NCBI RefSeq assembly: GCF_964204645.1
Contig: NC_134025.1
Location: 24,036,299 to 24,100,298 of the forward strand
DNA from: Tubulanus polymorphus
Lineage: Eukaryota; Animalia; Nemertea
Reading direction: 5' to 3'
DNA: 64,000 nucleotides
Shown: piece by piece, positions 48,601-64,000 of the stretch
Layout: each line of letters begins with the position of its first letter
Numbering within the stretch: the first letter of the stretch is position 1
The notes under the pieces: generated by a model
The model's input: only the letters and a program-made list of their open reading frames with translations
Told to the model about the DNA's origin: nothing
Databases searched by the model: none
Made by a program: the position numbers and the translations under genes

Positions 48601-51600
48601 ATGATGGAGATTGAGACGGTTCTGGCTGAGGGTGTCATAGAAGGTATATTGTCATTTCTATTTCACTATATAGTGTAAACGTTTACGTGTTAGAGAATTT
48701 TTACTGGAAGGCGAAGACTGTTTTACTTTTGGCAGCTGCTGTCACACTGGCATTTACACCAGACTCAACCCACAAAGGCACAAGAGCTGTCATCGATTTC
48801 ATAAAACCTATTCACCATGATCTTGAGCCATTTTTGTGGTGCTCCAACCCGCCATATTCCTGCCACCTGCCAAAATAACATCACATGCCAGTAACGTCAT
48901 ACACATGCAACTGAGCGCCAACCTGTCCGCCCAAGAAATGTTGGGCAGTATAACGGCCCAAGGAAGGGTCTGCGGCCAGGGTTTGTGTTGGTGTGAGCTT
49001 CAGCAGGAGGCAATAAAACCCTGGCAAGCAAGCGTAGTTACTTGCTGTTTTGGTGAACATCGCAACCTTGCACGTACATTTTATCTAACAGATGATGCTA
49101 CCACCGGACAAGTTGAACTCGAATCCGGTTTGCAAGGCACCCATCTGCGAGAATTTGAACCGCTGAATAAACTACTGAAAATTCTTCCTCATCGCGCACA
49201 AAAGGGTTTATTCACGGTAGAAGTGAGGTACTCGTGCATCGATGTATGCGATGAATACATAGCCGTCGGTTCGAACATCGGCGTCGTCTTCCTCTATGAC
49301 CGGAAAAAAGAAACTCTACAGAGATTGAATACAGCAGTGAGTATCTGATATAAGAGTTCATAGAAAAAACTAAAACCAGGGTCATGTTTAAGGTTAAACT
49401 GAAATTTTTGGTTTGATCGCTATTGGTTACTTCATTTTTTCAATGGTTGCAATAATTCTAACTTAACTGTTTCAAGTAAATTAAGCTGAAAACTGTTAAG
49501 TTTGAATTGTTGTCCACAATGAAAACATGAAGTTATTAAACCAAAAATTTTTGTTAAACCTTTTTTTTTAAACTGGACCGCTAGACCCAGTTTTACATTG
49601 TGAGTCAAATGGAAGATTTAGTTCAGTGTTTTAATTTAATTTTCAACCATTTGAAACTATAATTCTTTAAATAATGCTGACAGACTAAGTTGTTTATGTT
49701 TTGATTATATTACATAACCCAGCATCGCAACCTGTAGCTAGCTACTAATGAGCGTTTCATGTAAGGGCTAGCTGTATGATATTTTTCAGAATAAAAATGA
49801 CAGCATTTCATGCATCAAAATGCAAGCGAGTCTTGATCACATGGTTGCAGCAGGATTGTCATCTGGACTGCTGGTTGTTTTTCAACTACCTTCGATACTG
49901 CCCGGTCGAAATAAACAGGTAATTATGAAATAAGTCCATTCCTATTGTCCCATTTCCCTGGTTGAAATAAAACTGCTTGATTGATCGATATTTATGATCA
50001 GTGCATGTTTATCTGTATGTCTGAGTCCACATATTGAGTATTGCACATAAGTTTATGTATGCGTACATTTCTTATTAAACATTAAGTAGGCCCTAAGTCA
50101 AATGTAAGTCCTACAATCACAAAGAGGAAAAGTTAAAATATTGAAACGTTAAAAAACCATTATGAAAGGAATGATGATCCTTTTTCCTTGATAAAGGTTT
50201 TTAGAGGAAAACCGAAAATTCTGATTTTAAAATGAATCTTAACGTTTCGATATTTTACCTTTTCAGCTACTTGATTGTTGGACTTTTATCTAATTCTTCG
50301 CTCGTGACTCATTGCGAAGTTTTACCTCGTCATTAAGTGAATATTTAATACTCACCTCCTGACTTTATTTCTCATCAGCTGCAGCGATATGACGTTCCAG
50401 ATATGCATACTACACTGATAAGCTCTTTAGCTTGGAGTGCTAATGGAATGAAGATTTTCAGTGGTGATCAAAATGGAGTTGTTTGCTACACTGAATTTGA
50501 TTATAGCCAGGTATGTTTATGTACGCAACGCATGACACTTCAAAAACCAATGTAATATACAGATACCAGGTACAAATATATCACGTCAATTCATTTATCA
50601 TTTCTTACAGAAACAGACGAAGTCGGCGATTATCCTGAAAGAAGGGTATGAAATCGTTCAGCTGTGCTACGCACACAAAACATTACTAGTTTCTTCGAAA
50701 TTGCGCAGTATACTTCATACCATAGAAGAGAACAAGACAATACAGATCGGTCAAAGAGAAAGAAAGTGGTAAAATCTATTAATACTCATAATTATCATCG
50801 TTGGAAAACTCATTGAAATTACTATGTATATTTGAAATCCAAAAGATAAAACCTAATACAGTTTTTGTATGTAAATGCAGCATTTAATTGGATATCTAAC
50901 ATCAACCCTTTCAGTGCGACTTTGCTAGTATGCCGCATCGCAGTGTATTGATTTATTAGTAATTAATTCTTATCTCTATTGAAAGATTCCAAAATAAAGT
51001 ACAAAAATATTAGAAATTAACGATACACCACACAGCGGTGTAGATGCACTTAAGTAAAATGCCCGTTATACAAAACACTGGGGTTGAAACTTTAGAAATC
51101 TCCAGCACTTTGGGGTATTGATTATTCAGCACTGAAAAGGTGGCTTTGAGAGAATGCTGAATCAGGTACCGGTAGACCTATAATTCAATACATTGATTCC
51201 AGTCTCGGTCGATTTGGAGCAGCATTCACGAATCAGATCTGTAAGCCGGCGGACGCTGTGATATATGCGTCGAGGCCTGGAATGCGGATATGGACTGCGA
51301 ACATTCACGGCGTCGTCAACAATACTTTCATATTCAAAGACTTACTCGCGATGAAGCACCCGGATATCGCTTTGTTATCGTCATCTGTGATCATACGTAG
51401 TGCCAGTAAGGACGGCAGCGCCGTACCTGAAAATCCTTTCGGCCCGATCATAATCTACAACGACACACAAATGGTTACTTGGAACAATACGTCGATCTTT
51501 GTGTTGGATTTGGTGAATAACTGTGTACTGGGAAGTCACAATCATGTCGGTAATATTCTCAGCCTGTCTGTGAATAAGGACGAGATATTCGTGCTGCGTT

Positions 51601-54600
51601 CCGGAGCTCACAGGAATATCATTCGAATCGCGCAAAAACCTGAAGCGCCACCAATTGTCTCTCCAGGTATGCTATACTCCTCACTCATGTGCCATGTGCC
51701 ATTACTACGTTTGTTTTTGCTTATTTTCTTGGAATATCTTGCACATTGCCACGCGTAGAAACATTATGGGCAAGTGTAGACAATAGTGTATCTAATATTA
51801 TAGCAGGCAAACACAAGGAGAAATTGAAATGAGAAAGGAGAAAAAATGCCAAAACCATAAATGTAAAACAAATTTTTAAGAACTAATTTGATACTAATGA
51901 ATATCATTTCATTTTGGAGGGATTGTTTATGTTTCTTAAGGCAACTTTTTTTATATGCTTTTTTCATTTTTGCAAAATCATCATTCTTTGTTTCATATTC
52001 TGACTGCTTTTAGTTTCGTCTGTCTTAGCGGATAATCGTACTCGCACACCTTCATCAGTTCCGGGTAACACTTCAATAATTTTGCTTGAAGGGGACACTC
52101 GTCCTCAGATCCTGCTGATTCCAGAATACATTTCAAAGCGGATATTCCGCCAAATCCTCTTATATCCAAATCAATAGAATTTTTCTTTCAAAAATTGGTA
52201 GATGGGTAAATAATCAAAACAATGTATGCAAGTTAATGATATGCCCAATAATTGATGTTCAATAAAGAAAATATTGCTACAAATCAAATTTTACAAATCA
52301 TGAGTTACGAAGCTTGTTTGCCATTTTATGTTTGCTTTCTGCGGTGGATGGTCAATTTAGATGTAAAGATATTTTCATAAAGATATTTTCTCGATTGCTA
52401 TTAGACATTGTTAATCATTGGAATTTTTCATTACAGAATACAAGCATATCCTACAAGAATCGATGAAGTCAAATCCTCAGCGATCTCAGAGTGTGACCAA
52501 TTCACCTTTGACACTACATCCGACAATTTCAGAACGAAGCGCCAGCCCTGTGCCTTTCCTTCCTAGTAATCTGTTCGGTAAAATCAAGACGACACTTGAG
52601 TATGCTTCTAGTGCAGGATTGAACTCGCCTCAGAATTTCAGTGGAGCAGCACCTGATGACAAAAATCTGGTACGACCGACGGCACATAGCGCTACTGATA
52701 TAGGCATTGTGGCGAGCAATTCGTCGACCAACGGTTTTGACAGTTCCGTATCTAGCCAACAAACATCAGTTGAAATTGAAGATGCTGTAGACGCTAGTCA
52801 GCTTCTCACTGAAACCGTTTCAGAGGCTCTGCCACCTGTCGTTGAACTCAAACAAGATGAAATTGATCAAGTGACGATTGATTTGAAGCTTAAGATTCCA
52901 GAAATTGAGGAAATTCGTGTAAGCCCGATCCAGTGTGAAAGCCCGGAATTATCTACAGAATTATTTACTGATGAAAGAAAGGTTTCCGGATCTCCCAATT
53001 CACAAAATGGCAGTGCATTTAGAGAAGATCGGTTTAGTTCTTTGAAAGGCAAACATGAACTGGCAGGAGAATTATTAGTCGAACGACGACCAAAGAAAAA
53101 GAAGAAAAAAAAGAAACGTAAAGCCGGTAATTGCACATTCTAATTTAATGCAGTAATGCATGACATTTAGTAAACATGCAATGTTCATAATGAGTTAAAG
53201 CATAGTTGATAATTTGATTAATGAGTGAAAATAGTATAGTAAAAATAGTTAATTGCTGGAAATTTCCTCTTACAAATAATATAATATGTGTTTAGTTTCA
53301 GCGCCAGCGAGTGAAAAGAAGACCGACTCTGATAGCGGGAAATCTCATGACTCTGTGCCATTGGATACTCGCGAAACTCCCAGTGATAGTGATACCGACC
53401 ATGAAAAATCACCAGAGCCCACAAAAGATCTTGAGGAAGATTATGAGATCGGTGTTCTTCCTGTAAATCCTGCAGCCGCTGATAACGAGCCAAATGATAG
53501 TGTAGATAATACTGATACTGCCTCTGGTGATGCAATTTTGGACAATGAAAAACTTGAGATTTCAACTGAAATTGCGAAAGAGATATCGACTGAGATGGAG
53601 ATTATGCATAACAGTGAAAATCTAATGAATAAGTCGGATATCAAACCAGAATCTGAGAGTACAATTTCAGAGCGTCCTTGCGAATTGACTGTGTCAACAG
53701 ATCAGGTCGATTCCATTGTACATCCCCTTATGACCGAGCCCGTTTTGTGTAGTCCAGATGCATCAGGGTTAAATCAAACACTTGATGTATCGGTTGATGA
53801 TTTCTACGCAAAATATCAGAAGAAAAGTGTGAAAGAACAGCCAACCATCGACAAAATCGATCCAATCACCGAATTTCAACAAAAACTCAGGGATAATGGA
53901 AATTTCAACCGAGCTACTGATGAAGCAATCTCAGTGGATCCATTACTTACGCTGCTTACAGATACGTGGTCTGCATTTCCGACACCTGGCTACATTCAAA
54001 GTATCTCATTGTCCCATAAGCAGGCTTGGGTTACAGATAAAAATGATCGCTTATACAGTAGCAGTTTGACTGAACCGGGACTAACCTGGAAAAAGGAAGA
54101 TGATGGAGCAAAGCTTATTTCAGTTTCCGACAATGGAGCCATTCTTTGGAAATTGCTTAGGAATGGTAGTGTCTATGCTGCCGTTCGCATGCTAGCAGGT
54201 GGACCTGATAGTATAGCGTGGCAAGAAGTTCTCAAGGATGTCAAATATATCAGCGTTGATAACACTTGTGCATGGTAAGTTTAATTTACGCTACTCCTCA
54301 TTTACAGGCCTGAACTGTATCTAAAACACATTTGATCATTTTTCAGGTTCATTAAAAACACAGGGGAAATAATGCTGCAGACAGGATTGTCAAAAGATCG
54401 TCCATTTTTCACTTCAACATTAGTCAGTTGTCCGTGTAAGTTGCTGCATATTAAATGTCGTAATGATGTCGTTTGGGGTCTGACTGATGAAGGAAAAGCA
54501 ATTGCGCGTGTTGGAGTGCAACCTGGTTGTGACGAGGGAACACGCTGGGATGAAATTGAATGGTAAGATTTTTCCTTGACCAAAGCATTTTTTCGCATTT

Positions 54601-56803
54601 CTTCAATGTAGTCTACTAGTAGTTCATTAATTGTTCATCGAGTCATTTTGATTTTTCAGCCTTCCAGATGGTCTTGGATTTTGTTCGTTTAGTCTTGGTG
54701 GTCAGAACTCGGCATGGGCATTGGATATAGCTGGTCGATTATTCTTCAAAACTGGTGTGACTTCTAAAGCTCCTGTCGGTGATCCGCATTGGTGGCAGGT
54801 ATGAAATTGTCAATCGAAAAAGGCAGAAATAAACAATCGTGCATTTTCTGTGTATTTTTGTGTAATTCCATATTTTCAGATATCTTTGAGTGAATATTTT
54901 ATTCAGGACAGCTCTACAATTGATAACTGGACAAAGTCACTTGCAGAATTCCTCGATCCTCAAAAATTAACCAAAGTCCTGCAAGGAAATCAAGGCGGTC
55001 TTGTCCTGGCTAGTTCCAATGGTATTTGGGTATGCCCTGAGCAGAGAACTTCATTCAGAGTTTGCAGAGGCATGATGACAGGTACGGCATTTGTAAAATA
55101 TACGCTTATTTTCTACTTAGGGCGAACTCTGTTTAAGTAAACTGGATACCTTTTGGTTTTACAAATTCTTTATGCTGTTCAGAATACCTTGATTGAAAAG
55201 TGGAACTGGCTTGGTTACATGATGGTTAAAAAGGCATCTGGTTGTCTCTCTTGTAGTGGAGCTGTCCCCATCTCTCTATGATTATTAGAATATCTATTCA
55301 ATACCAAGCAATATAACAATTGATTAAGATGCCATCTGCTCTTTTGAAGGTCACTTGTGGGAAGTTGCATTATTGTCTGGAGTAGCACTATCCATGCGCT
55401 GGAGCCACGTATGTGCCCAAGTTGCTGAGGGCTCGTTAGGTATAATATGGGCCCAGCAGCCGAATGGTGAAATATTGTATATGCCCCTAGAAACTAAAGC
55501 GTTTATTTCTGTTGGAACTCGACACCTGCACAGTCCCTTACTGTGTATTTCTGCGGCTGAAACTGCCGTATGGATCCTTACTGATGCCGGTAAGGTTTTT
55601 ATACGTCAAGGAGTGAATACTAGGTATCCACAAGGTATTGGATGGGTAGATCTGGATCTTTCTCAATTAGGTGAGTAATCGCAATGTACGAAGCAGTTTC
55701 ATTTAGAATAGCTGTTATTAGTCTGAAAGTTTGATTACTTTGAACAGCTGCTTTGTATTATGTTCATGATGATGTGAAGTCGTGTAAAATGTCTTTGCGA
55801 TCTGATTTCAGGTGAGTCTAAGCTGGTTCACCTCTCCATCGGTGCTGAGAACGTGTGGGCTGTTGACCAGTCAGGTGTCGTGTACTTCCGTATTGGCATA
55901 TTAGCACCATCTAGTCAGGTGTTGAATCAAGCATGGATTATCGTAGACGAGAAACCGTCAAATGGCTCATATTTTGCACAAGTCGAAGTTGGTCCTAAAG
56001 ATAACATGGTTAGTACAATTTGATTGTCCATAATATACCAGTATGTTCATCATATACAGACGATCCCCCAATATATAACAATGTGTATTAGCTTTTCAAT
56101 TCTGTGATTTGAAGGTTTGGGCAATTGACGACAAAAAAAGTGTTTACATGCGACGTGGAGTCACAGACCGTATGCCTCTAGGTCAGGAATGGATTCATGT
56201 ACCTGGTATGTTACTAATGCCCTTCAATTTGAAAAACTTATGTGCACTAAGTCAAAGAAACTTGTTTATTATAATCAAAATAAAATTTGAACTTGAACTC
56301 GGTATGTTCTGAGCAGATAGTGAGTATTAGAAACTTTGTTAGATTCCCGACAGCTTACACATCTCTACATTTCTGTGGTGTTTAAGGTACGCAAGCAAAA
56401 CAGTTGTCAATTTCAAATGATACTGTCTGGGCGTTGAGTCCGTCTGGTGATGTTCTGGCGAGGTTCGGTATAACCGAAGACAACGAAGTCGGTAATTACT
56501 GGAAAAAGATCCCCGGAAACTTTATCAGTATATCAGGTAGGATGGATTGAAAACGCTTGTTATTACTCGTACATTGTCTAATGAATTCAGTCATCACCAG
56601 ATATTTGAAATGTATTTCGATTTGTATCATTACTCGTTCCAGCTTCTGCGAATAACAATCTGTGGGCGTTGAACAACGAAGGTCAGCTGTGTCAACGAAC
56701 CACTCGCTGTTTTATACCTCAACTCAGTCGCGATTTGGCTACGAAAAAACGGGCTCGGACAGTCAGTCAGGCGAGCAGCGACGGAGATTGGGAACTGTTA
56801 TAA
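48601..56803 (+). CDS. TECPR2: Tectonin beta-propeller repeat-containing protein 2
   Basis: N-terminal WD region (LREFEPL..AQKG..YIAVGSNIGVVFLYDR, YASRPGMRIW), acidic linker with a poly-Lys tract, TECPR repeats (VWG/VWA..G....R.GV....P.G..W) and C-terminal LIR DGDWELL-stop. Confidence 0.94.
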
Positions 56804-59800
56804 CGCGGGGCGTCTAGAGAAACTAGAATCAACTCAATGTTCATGCTTTCTCTTTTATATGATATTTGTCGCACGTGACATTCTCCGAGGTCTTTCGTTT
56901 GTTTTCTTAGAATTCGGAAGGACTTAATCGAGCTTGGCTCTTTAGTTGTATGAAGTTTGACCTGAATTCGTCGCTAGTGTATTAGAGCTTATTCTTCTTC
57001 TAGGTCTTTCGATCGTTCATGGCTGCTAAATTGTACAAAGTACAAACTGTGTTTAGTTATTTATCTTATTTATTTGATTTTGTTGGTTTTACATAAAAAA
57101 TCGAGTCAAAATAATTACTGTTCCTAACCATTTAGTCAAACATCCATTGAAGGATTGATTTTCTCTTTTTAACTTTGTTTTCTGTCAAAGGTGCTGATAA
57201 TGAAATAGTTGTTTAAAGGAATATGTGCAATATTATCCTGTATTATCTGTTTGACATTGAATCAATATACCAGTAAATCTAACATAGGCTTTCGGTAACA
57301 TCTTTTATAGTTCAGGTCTCCTTGTTTCATCGTAATTTTCAAAGGATTCAATTTGACTTGAGAACTGTTGACTGGGTCGTCTATCTCTGATAAATTGTCG
57401 ATTCGCCTACGCTTAGTGATTTTGCCTAAATAACATTGTTGTGTACATTTTAATCTGTAAATGTGTTTAAGAAACATTGTGAGTATTTGATGTGAGAGAA
57501 CCCAGTGGGAAGTTGTTTATATACTTATCTTTGTATGAATAAGATAATTGTAAATTATTTCAATTACTTCAACATACTCCTACAAATGATATTGCACTAA
57601 TGTTTTCTCCATATTTGGTATGTTTCCACTTACATTCTTAATAATTCTTGTACATGTAGGCTGATATAGATATGAATGTATGTGAAAAATTTGGTAAATA
57701 TCTAACATCTCTGCCACAACTGTTACGTAGTGCATAGTTGTGCGCATTTGATTTTGATATGTTACATTCATATTTAAGTATGAAAATGGTATAATGTCAA
57801 TGAAAAATTTACATAAATTGGACTCAATTGGTGGTATCACTTCTTTTTCCTTCCTACACCAAGATGACTTTTCGACTCTTTAAAGTATAGCAAGTTAATT
57901 ATGTACATTGCATTTATAAATTCAGCTTGTTTCATTTTACGTGTGATCATGTACGTATCAGTTACTAAAGCATCGTAATTGTTGCATCGATGCTGGTTGT
58001 AAAACTTAAGAACCGACTGTTAAATTGCCTTCCCAGCTTCTGACATGATGATTAAAATCGTACTCTACTGCTAGTGTGTACCATAAAGTTTCAATGATTT
58101 GTATGTTTGGGGAGAGCATGTTAATTAAATTTAAATGTCTAATTTATATCTATTTCACGATGGAAATGCTTGCAATAAAATGGATATATGTAAGTAATGT
58201 TGCTATGTCTCTGATCTGTGCTGCCACCATCTTTCTCGCTTGGATTCGATACCGCGTTCCAAGGTTCACGTATTTAGTTCATTAGTTTGAAGGATCAAGT
58301 GGAAAATTGATGATCGAAATCGATAACAGATTATTGCGTATATTGCCACTCGAATAAATTATTATTTGAACTGTTTACTTCGAGTGGACTTCAAGAAAAG
58401 TTCGTAATCGACGCATCATATATGAATCTTACAGTGTAGTCTAATTTTCTAATAATCTACGCCCTTCTTACTTATTAACCTCTTTTTAGAGTACACAATT
58501 TCTCTTTTTGGGATGTTTTTAGATATCCTCGACATCAATAACGAAATTATCTATATACTTATCATATTATATATCATTTTATATGAAATACTAGTGCATG
58601 GCAGTTGGTATACCCATAGCAGGTGGGGTATGCGCGATTTGATTATTTTTACGGTGCATGTAGGTAAATCTAATTAGGTTCGTCAAAACGAGTTTTCCAG
58701 AAATTTATGACGTGTGTTTAATTACGGAGTATAGTCGTCTGCTATAGCATAAAAATTCTGCTCTCGTCGTGCACCGGCGGTTTTATATTTTCCTGAGCAG
58801 ATAATCTGCGACCGCGCCAGGTCGAACTAATGGATGCAGCACCTCATAAAAGACAGCTACAGTGCGTCTAGTCGCGTCGAGCTACCGGTATATACTGCAG
58901 AATGAATATTAGATATATGGACACTTCTAGTTGAGTTAATCGCCCGATAAAAGAATGACGAGCAATTTAAGAGACCCCCGATGATTACAGTCGACGAATT
59001 AATTCTTGGATCTAAAACACGACTAAAAGCAGACACTTCAAATTCCAATTTAATTCTCGATAGATTCTCCTATCCAGAAAAAAAAACGCGTGAAAATGAA
59101 GGTTTATTATTACCTTATTGTTCGTATCTTGGGGACATAATCATTTAAGAAGGGCGGCGTTGGTTTAGAATTCTATATCTTAGGCGTATCTGCATTTTGT
59201 TCATTTCAAAATAGTTAACAAAACGATAGGCTGTTCTATTGAATGAAAATTGAGGAAATTTTGGGCGTCTTAATTTGTAATCTGTTCAGAACCACGCGTT
59301 TCCACACGATTTTTCATCAGATAGGTCGTTTTTCTTCCGCCGTGGAGACAGCCTAAGATCCGCATTACGGTTTCCGTTGGTACGTGGTCTGTCAATCGCA
59401 GGAAGCCTATCAAATATCTGCCGGATATTGATGACTTTGCAGATAATGGGCATGCTATAATTGTTATCTGTCGGATCAGCACTACCGGCGACATTTAGTA
59501 TCTTTATTTCAGGCAACAACGTCAACTCCATATCGAATTTATAATGTCGACTATCGAATAACAGTGCTTTCCATCGATTCGGACGAATACGATCCGATAT
59601 CTATTGAAAGCCAAATTCATTTCTCGTGTCTAATGATGCGATTTGCGATATGGAATTCTAACTTTACCGCCATTGGGACGTGTGGGACTCCGAACGACAT
59701 AATATCGGTGAGCTTGCAGTTTGCAGCGCTTCTGCTCGACTTGGGAACGAGAGCTTCCAAGTGTGAAATTTTCAGTCGTCGCTTATCGTGTGAACATTTA

Positions 59801-62800
59801 ATAACGATACAAGTTCTTATCCCCGAGGTGAAATCAACCACTTTAACACAACTCCCTCCTAACTCTGATATCTCGTTCCAAACCAATAAACGTATCGAAA
59901 CACAAAAACACTGCGTTTCCGATTGTGCGTCTGGAAGTATTTTCAATTAATTTCGAACAACCTTGACTAACTTAATTCGTTTATGGCATAATAAACCCAT
60001 GGTGCTTTTGCAGCTCCAATGTCGAATTCGCTCCCATACTAGTTTAATGGCGGAAATGGCCACATTATCCTCACAGCTCGCAACTGACCCTGTCGGGAAT
60101 ATTGATAATATCCCAAGCAGATGACGACGTGTCGCCATCGACGAAAACCATACAGAAAAAATAACGCGTTTACACGAACACAACATAGTCATTTACTGCT
60201 CGCCATGGGTGCAATCCATATCAACAAATTAATTGTCACTGACTTCTCTAATTCACAGATAATAACCAGACGAATGCAAAACCATTAATAACGTTGATGT
60301 GCTATAGCTGGTGTATGATTCTTTGGTGGGGATCGAGCCCGCGGGAGATGCGCAGGAATTACTGCTCTTGCTTTCCGTATGTTTCATATTGAAATGGATA
60401 TAATATGATATGATACGATACGAAGTTCATGAAGTGTTTTGCATTTCGAAAATGACTTATCTATTTGCTCTTACATTTCTAACATTCAGCGATGCAGAAC
60501 CAGAGATGTTGCAAATATCCATCGATATCAAAATGCAAATCCCCTTAAAGTGCGAGTGCCAATTTTCTGTTCAGCAATAACGTTCAAATAACTTTTTTTT
60601 ACATTATTTACATATCAATGGAAAATACCGTTACAGTCACATAAGAAAAACACATATACATATTAGGACGTTATAAACGAACAAGTTGTTCCCACTGTGG
60701 ATGGATAATCTTGAAGGCAGCTCCGCATGATGAAGATAAATGTTTTTTATAGCATGGCTGGCATAATGTGCTCGAATACTTCGTGGTCATTTTAGCACCA
60801 CTTTTCTGTCAGGCTAGTGTTTCAAATGGTTGTTGTCAATGACCACCAGTTACAAGCAGTCTGATTTTCCGTGATAAATTGAGCATTTAAGCGATATACT
60901 GCAATATGCCGAGCGGTGGATATGGCTCATTTATCAAGATGAATCTGGCGACCGGTGTCTCGGTCCGAGCAGATACGACATAACGCTTTGACCAACAACT
61001 TAGGATGCAATGATATACGTGCGTGTTTCACACTGCATGATAAATGTAACTTTGCACGCCCGAAAATCGATGCAGACGAGATTTTTAGCTTTTCGTCCCC
61101 GACGTTATCATCCACCCTACGACCGACTCCGACAAGAACCTGATCGCTTGTAACCTGTCCTGATCAAATAAAAAACGAGTTGGGTCTACCAATTAGTATA
61201 TGTATTATCGCTCAGATTTTTCCCTTATTGTCACGTCGTAATACTTATCATAGTTGCGATATACGTATGCGTCAAGTTTCATTATACGCTCTTCAAAACG
61301 AATCGTGCGTGACAGGAATTGAAGTAAAATGTTTTATCAGAACAATATAACGATATCAACAGCAGTACCATATGGGCATAGTAGTGTGTACGGAGATAAT
61401 TTCCAGGCGTTGCCTTCTCCGATCAAATATGATACAAAGAAGGCCAACATTCCACCAATTTATTGTCACCCCTAATAATTCCATTTTTAATGACGAATAA
61501 CAATATGGATACGCTAAAAGAATTGAACTGGAATTGAGACAGGTCTGCATAGTCTGGTGGTCCTTGATGGTCCGAGGACGGGGTTCCTTGTATCACGAGT
61601 ATGGCTTAATATGGCACTTAATTGATCAACTTTCACATTAATGTAGATATAATAACATATATATTACACAAGTATTGGGACATAACTATACTATGGGACA
61701 TAACTTCTCTTTCGGGGGGTTTCTTCATTGAGAACTATCTTGCAGGGGTTTATAGCCTCGAACTTCTTTTGACAAATCCAGTTGCAACCGTGTACTTAGT
61801 GTATTTGATTCCAGACTTGGTGGTCGTGTAAGCATCATTACAGATTGATAGGAGAATGATGCCGACTGGACGGGTTTATATAAATAAAATGTATGGGAGA
61901 ATAATACCGTCTGTGATATAATAGGCTTTTAATGTTGACGACGGTTGCTGTCGATGTCAGTGTCATTCCTCACAGCGCAATTCTCTAAAAGGAATCATAT
62001 GTCGATGGGATTATGAAGCTCTTAATGACCATTTGTTCGTGCAGCTAAAAGGGACATATCGGGAATTACGAATACATAACCCTGGATCATATGAATTTAT
62101 GCCCGCAGCAAGTATCGGCGATACCGTTACGCATCAGAGAAAAGCAAACGTCAGCAGTGACACGAAGATTCAAAATTACAGCAATCCGGCGTCATGTGTA
62201 TCATCTATACGTGGATGGCTGCAAATCATTTCTCATTTGCCGACTCGGCGGCGGGAATAAAAGCAAACAGCGCCGATGACAGAGACTCGAGACGAAATAT
62301 TCTCGTAACTCATCTTAATGGTTCTTCATTACGATCTCCATCAAAATTCTGCCTGAACAATGTTCAACTTGGGCAACCGCATTATTTATGCTCAGAAATC
62401 CCGACAGCAAATAAACAATAAATCGCACCAAGCGCGCCGCACGAATTCCCCGATCTCCTAGAAGTCTGCGAAGATTTTAGAATACTTACCAGCAATACAG
62501 CAACCGTTTCTTCATTTTCCTGCCTCTCTATGGTGTTTATGAGTACAAAGTTCAGTTTTAAATTTATCGGAGGCCATTTTACTTTAGAAATGTCAAGATA
62601 CCGGGGCCGTGCTGTGAAAACATCAATGACAGTGGCTTTATTGAGGTAAATCTTAGATGTCTAAGATAAATGATAAATTGCGAATTAAAGAAAAAACACA
62701 CGAAAAAGTGGCTCTTTCTGTGAACACGCGGGGTATCGTGGCTGTATCCTTTGATAATACGATTACAGGCTTTGATCATTGATGCCCATTTGCATCTGCG

Positions 62801-64000
62801 CACATATGCTCGGTGCCATTGGTGTTCACTTCCGGCGGTATATCCTCAATGACGAAATAATCACGAAATAACCACGCAGAGAATGAAGACAAATTTATCT
62901 TACAAGCCCAGCCTTCGTCGTTTCTTCGTCTTTCGTTTGTATCGGAGTGTAGCAAGGAAATGAGAACTCCTTTGCAGATGGCCAAACACAGATAACCTCC
63001 GTTATTCCATGCTTTCGGTTCGTGTTTTAAGTCTTCAAAGCTTTAGATGAACTTACACCGCTTTTTTCCAATTCCAGGGAGATGCTTATGGTCTCTATAG
63101 ATACGTGCAAAAAAAACCTGATTTACCGACCTTTTTCCTATTTCATTTCATCGAAGTTGTAATTTCTAATAGCCTGGCTCAGCATTACCGACGTGATTAT
63201 GTCTCTTTTCGTTTGGGATTTATGAGTCAAACTACAACTTATATCATTTAGCAATCAGTGAAATTCTCATAAAAAAGTGTTTTTCTATCTATCCCTCTCC
63301 CTCAAAATCTTGTCACAAAAATGAAGCCGTATTTTTCTTTTATTTCGATATTCTAATTCATTTGGTAACTATGCTGATTAAACGTATGCTTTTTTGTTGA
63401 ATTCATTCATCGTTTTGTAATAGTTCACTAATATTTGCAGTCGTATCAAAACGACTTTATAGTTATCTGATGAAGTTTCTGATTTTTTTTTCACAGTAAG
63501 GAACGTGTCGTTTTACCGTAATAGGATCGCATTTAACCGCAAGCAGAATCCGAACAGCAGAAAAAAAATCGTCTCCGATGCCAACCGACCAAAGATTTTC
63601 CCGATATGAAAGTGGGCCTCCAGCGGAATGCAATAACTAATAGTAAGTCATTATTCTCGAACAACGCGCAGACGTCTGAAGAAAGAGAGTTTTTTCCATC
63701 GCCATAGAGACAAAAATGAAGAGTCACGAAAAGATATCAGAATAATCAACGAACAAAATGAAGAGATATCTAGAAAGCGCCAAGTAAATAGGGAAGTCTA
63801 TTACGTGAACCTCTCTGAAAATAAGAAATGAGATAGTAAAGCTGTATGGCATGGGATAGTAAAGCGCTAATAGAATTCATCTTTCCTTCCCGAAATGACG
63901 AATTATAGGCGTTACATCAATGGGCAGAAACAAAAGTTTGGTCCCGATTTGAATGTCGCATTGAAATAGAATTTGTACCCCATATTTTGTAGAATTCGAT

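Noticed and set aside
48836-49091. N-terminal extension of the TECPR2 ORF
   Set aside because: It lies in intron 1 (donor 48644, acceptor 49091) and overlaps a probable MITE-like insertion.
59270-60192. Cluster of 70-130-aa ORFs on both strands
   Set aside because: No domain motifs, no consistent splice structure and mostly non-ATG starts.
62744-62752. GTATCCTTT U12-donor-like motif (also GTATCCTT at about 36870)
   Set aside because: No associated exon or CCTTAAC branch site was found, so it is probably a chance match.

Overview
Gene-dense genomic DNA from an invertebrate animal with short introns. It looks like a marine lophotrochozoan, but the species is an inference. Genes from left to right: the 3' part of usherin (USH2A, +, ends in DTHL at 13680); DCAF4 (-), whose first coding intron is a U12-type AT-AC minor intron; two intact tandem copies of a secreted astacin+MAM gene (19723-22363 and 36400-38804, +); a sea-urchin-type arylsulfatase (-); intronless TBCC (+); a secreted GHSMGG alpha/beta-hydrolase (-); TECPR2 (+, C-terminal LIR WELL); then about 6 kb with no recognisable gene. 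In both astacin copies all zinc ligands, the catalytic Glu and the Met-turn are replaced, so they look like conserved pseudo-proteases. Remnants show a third, middle copy whose interior is replaced by about 12 kb of repeat-rich composite DNA. That insert contains 200-bp inverted repeats enclosing same-strand G-quadruplex minisatellites, a foldback element with CTCF-like motifs and a decayed spliced gene. Penelope-type hammerhead relics occur in an USH2A intron and at the left edge of the insert. All calls come from manual reading; no database searches were run.
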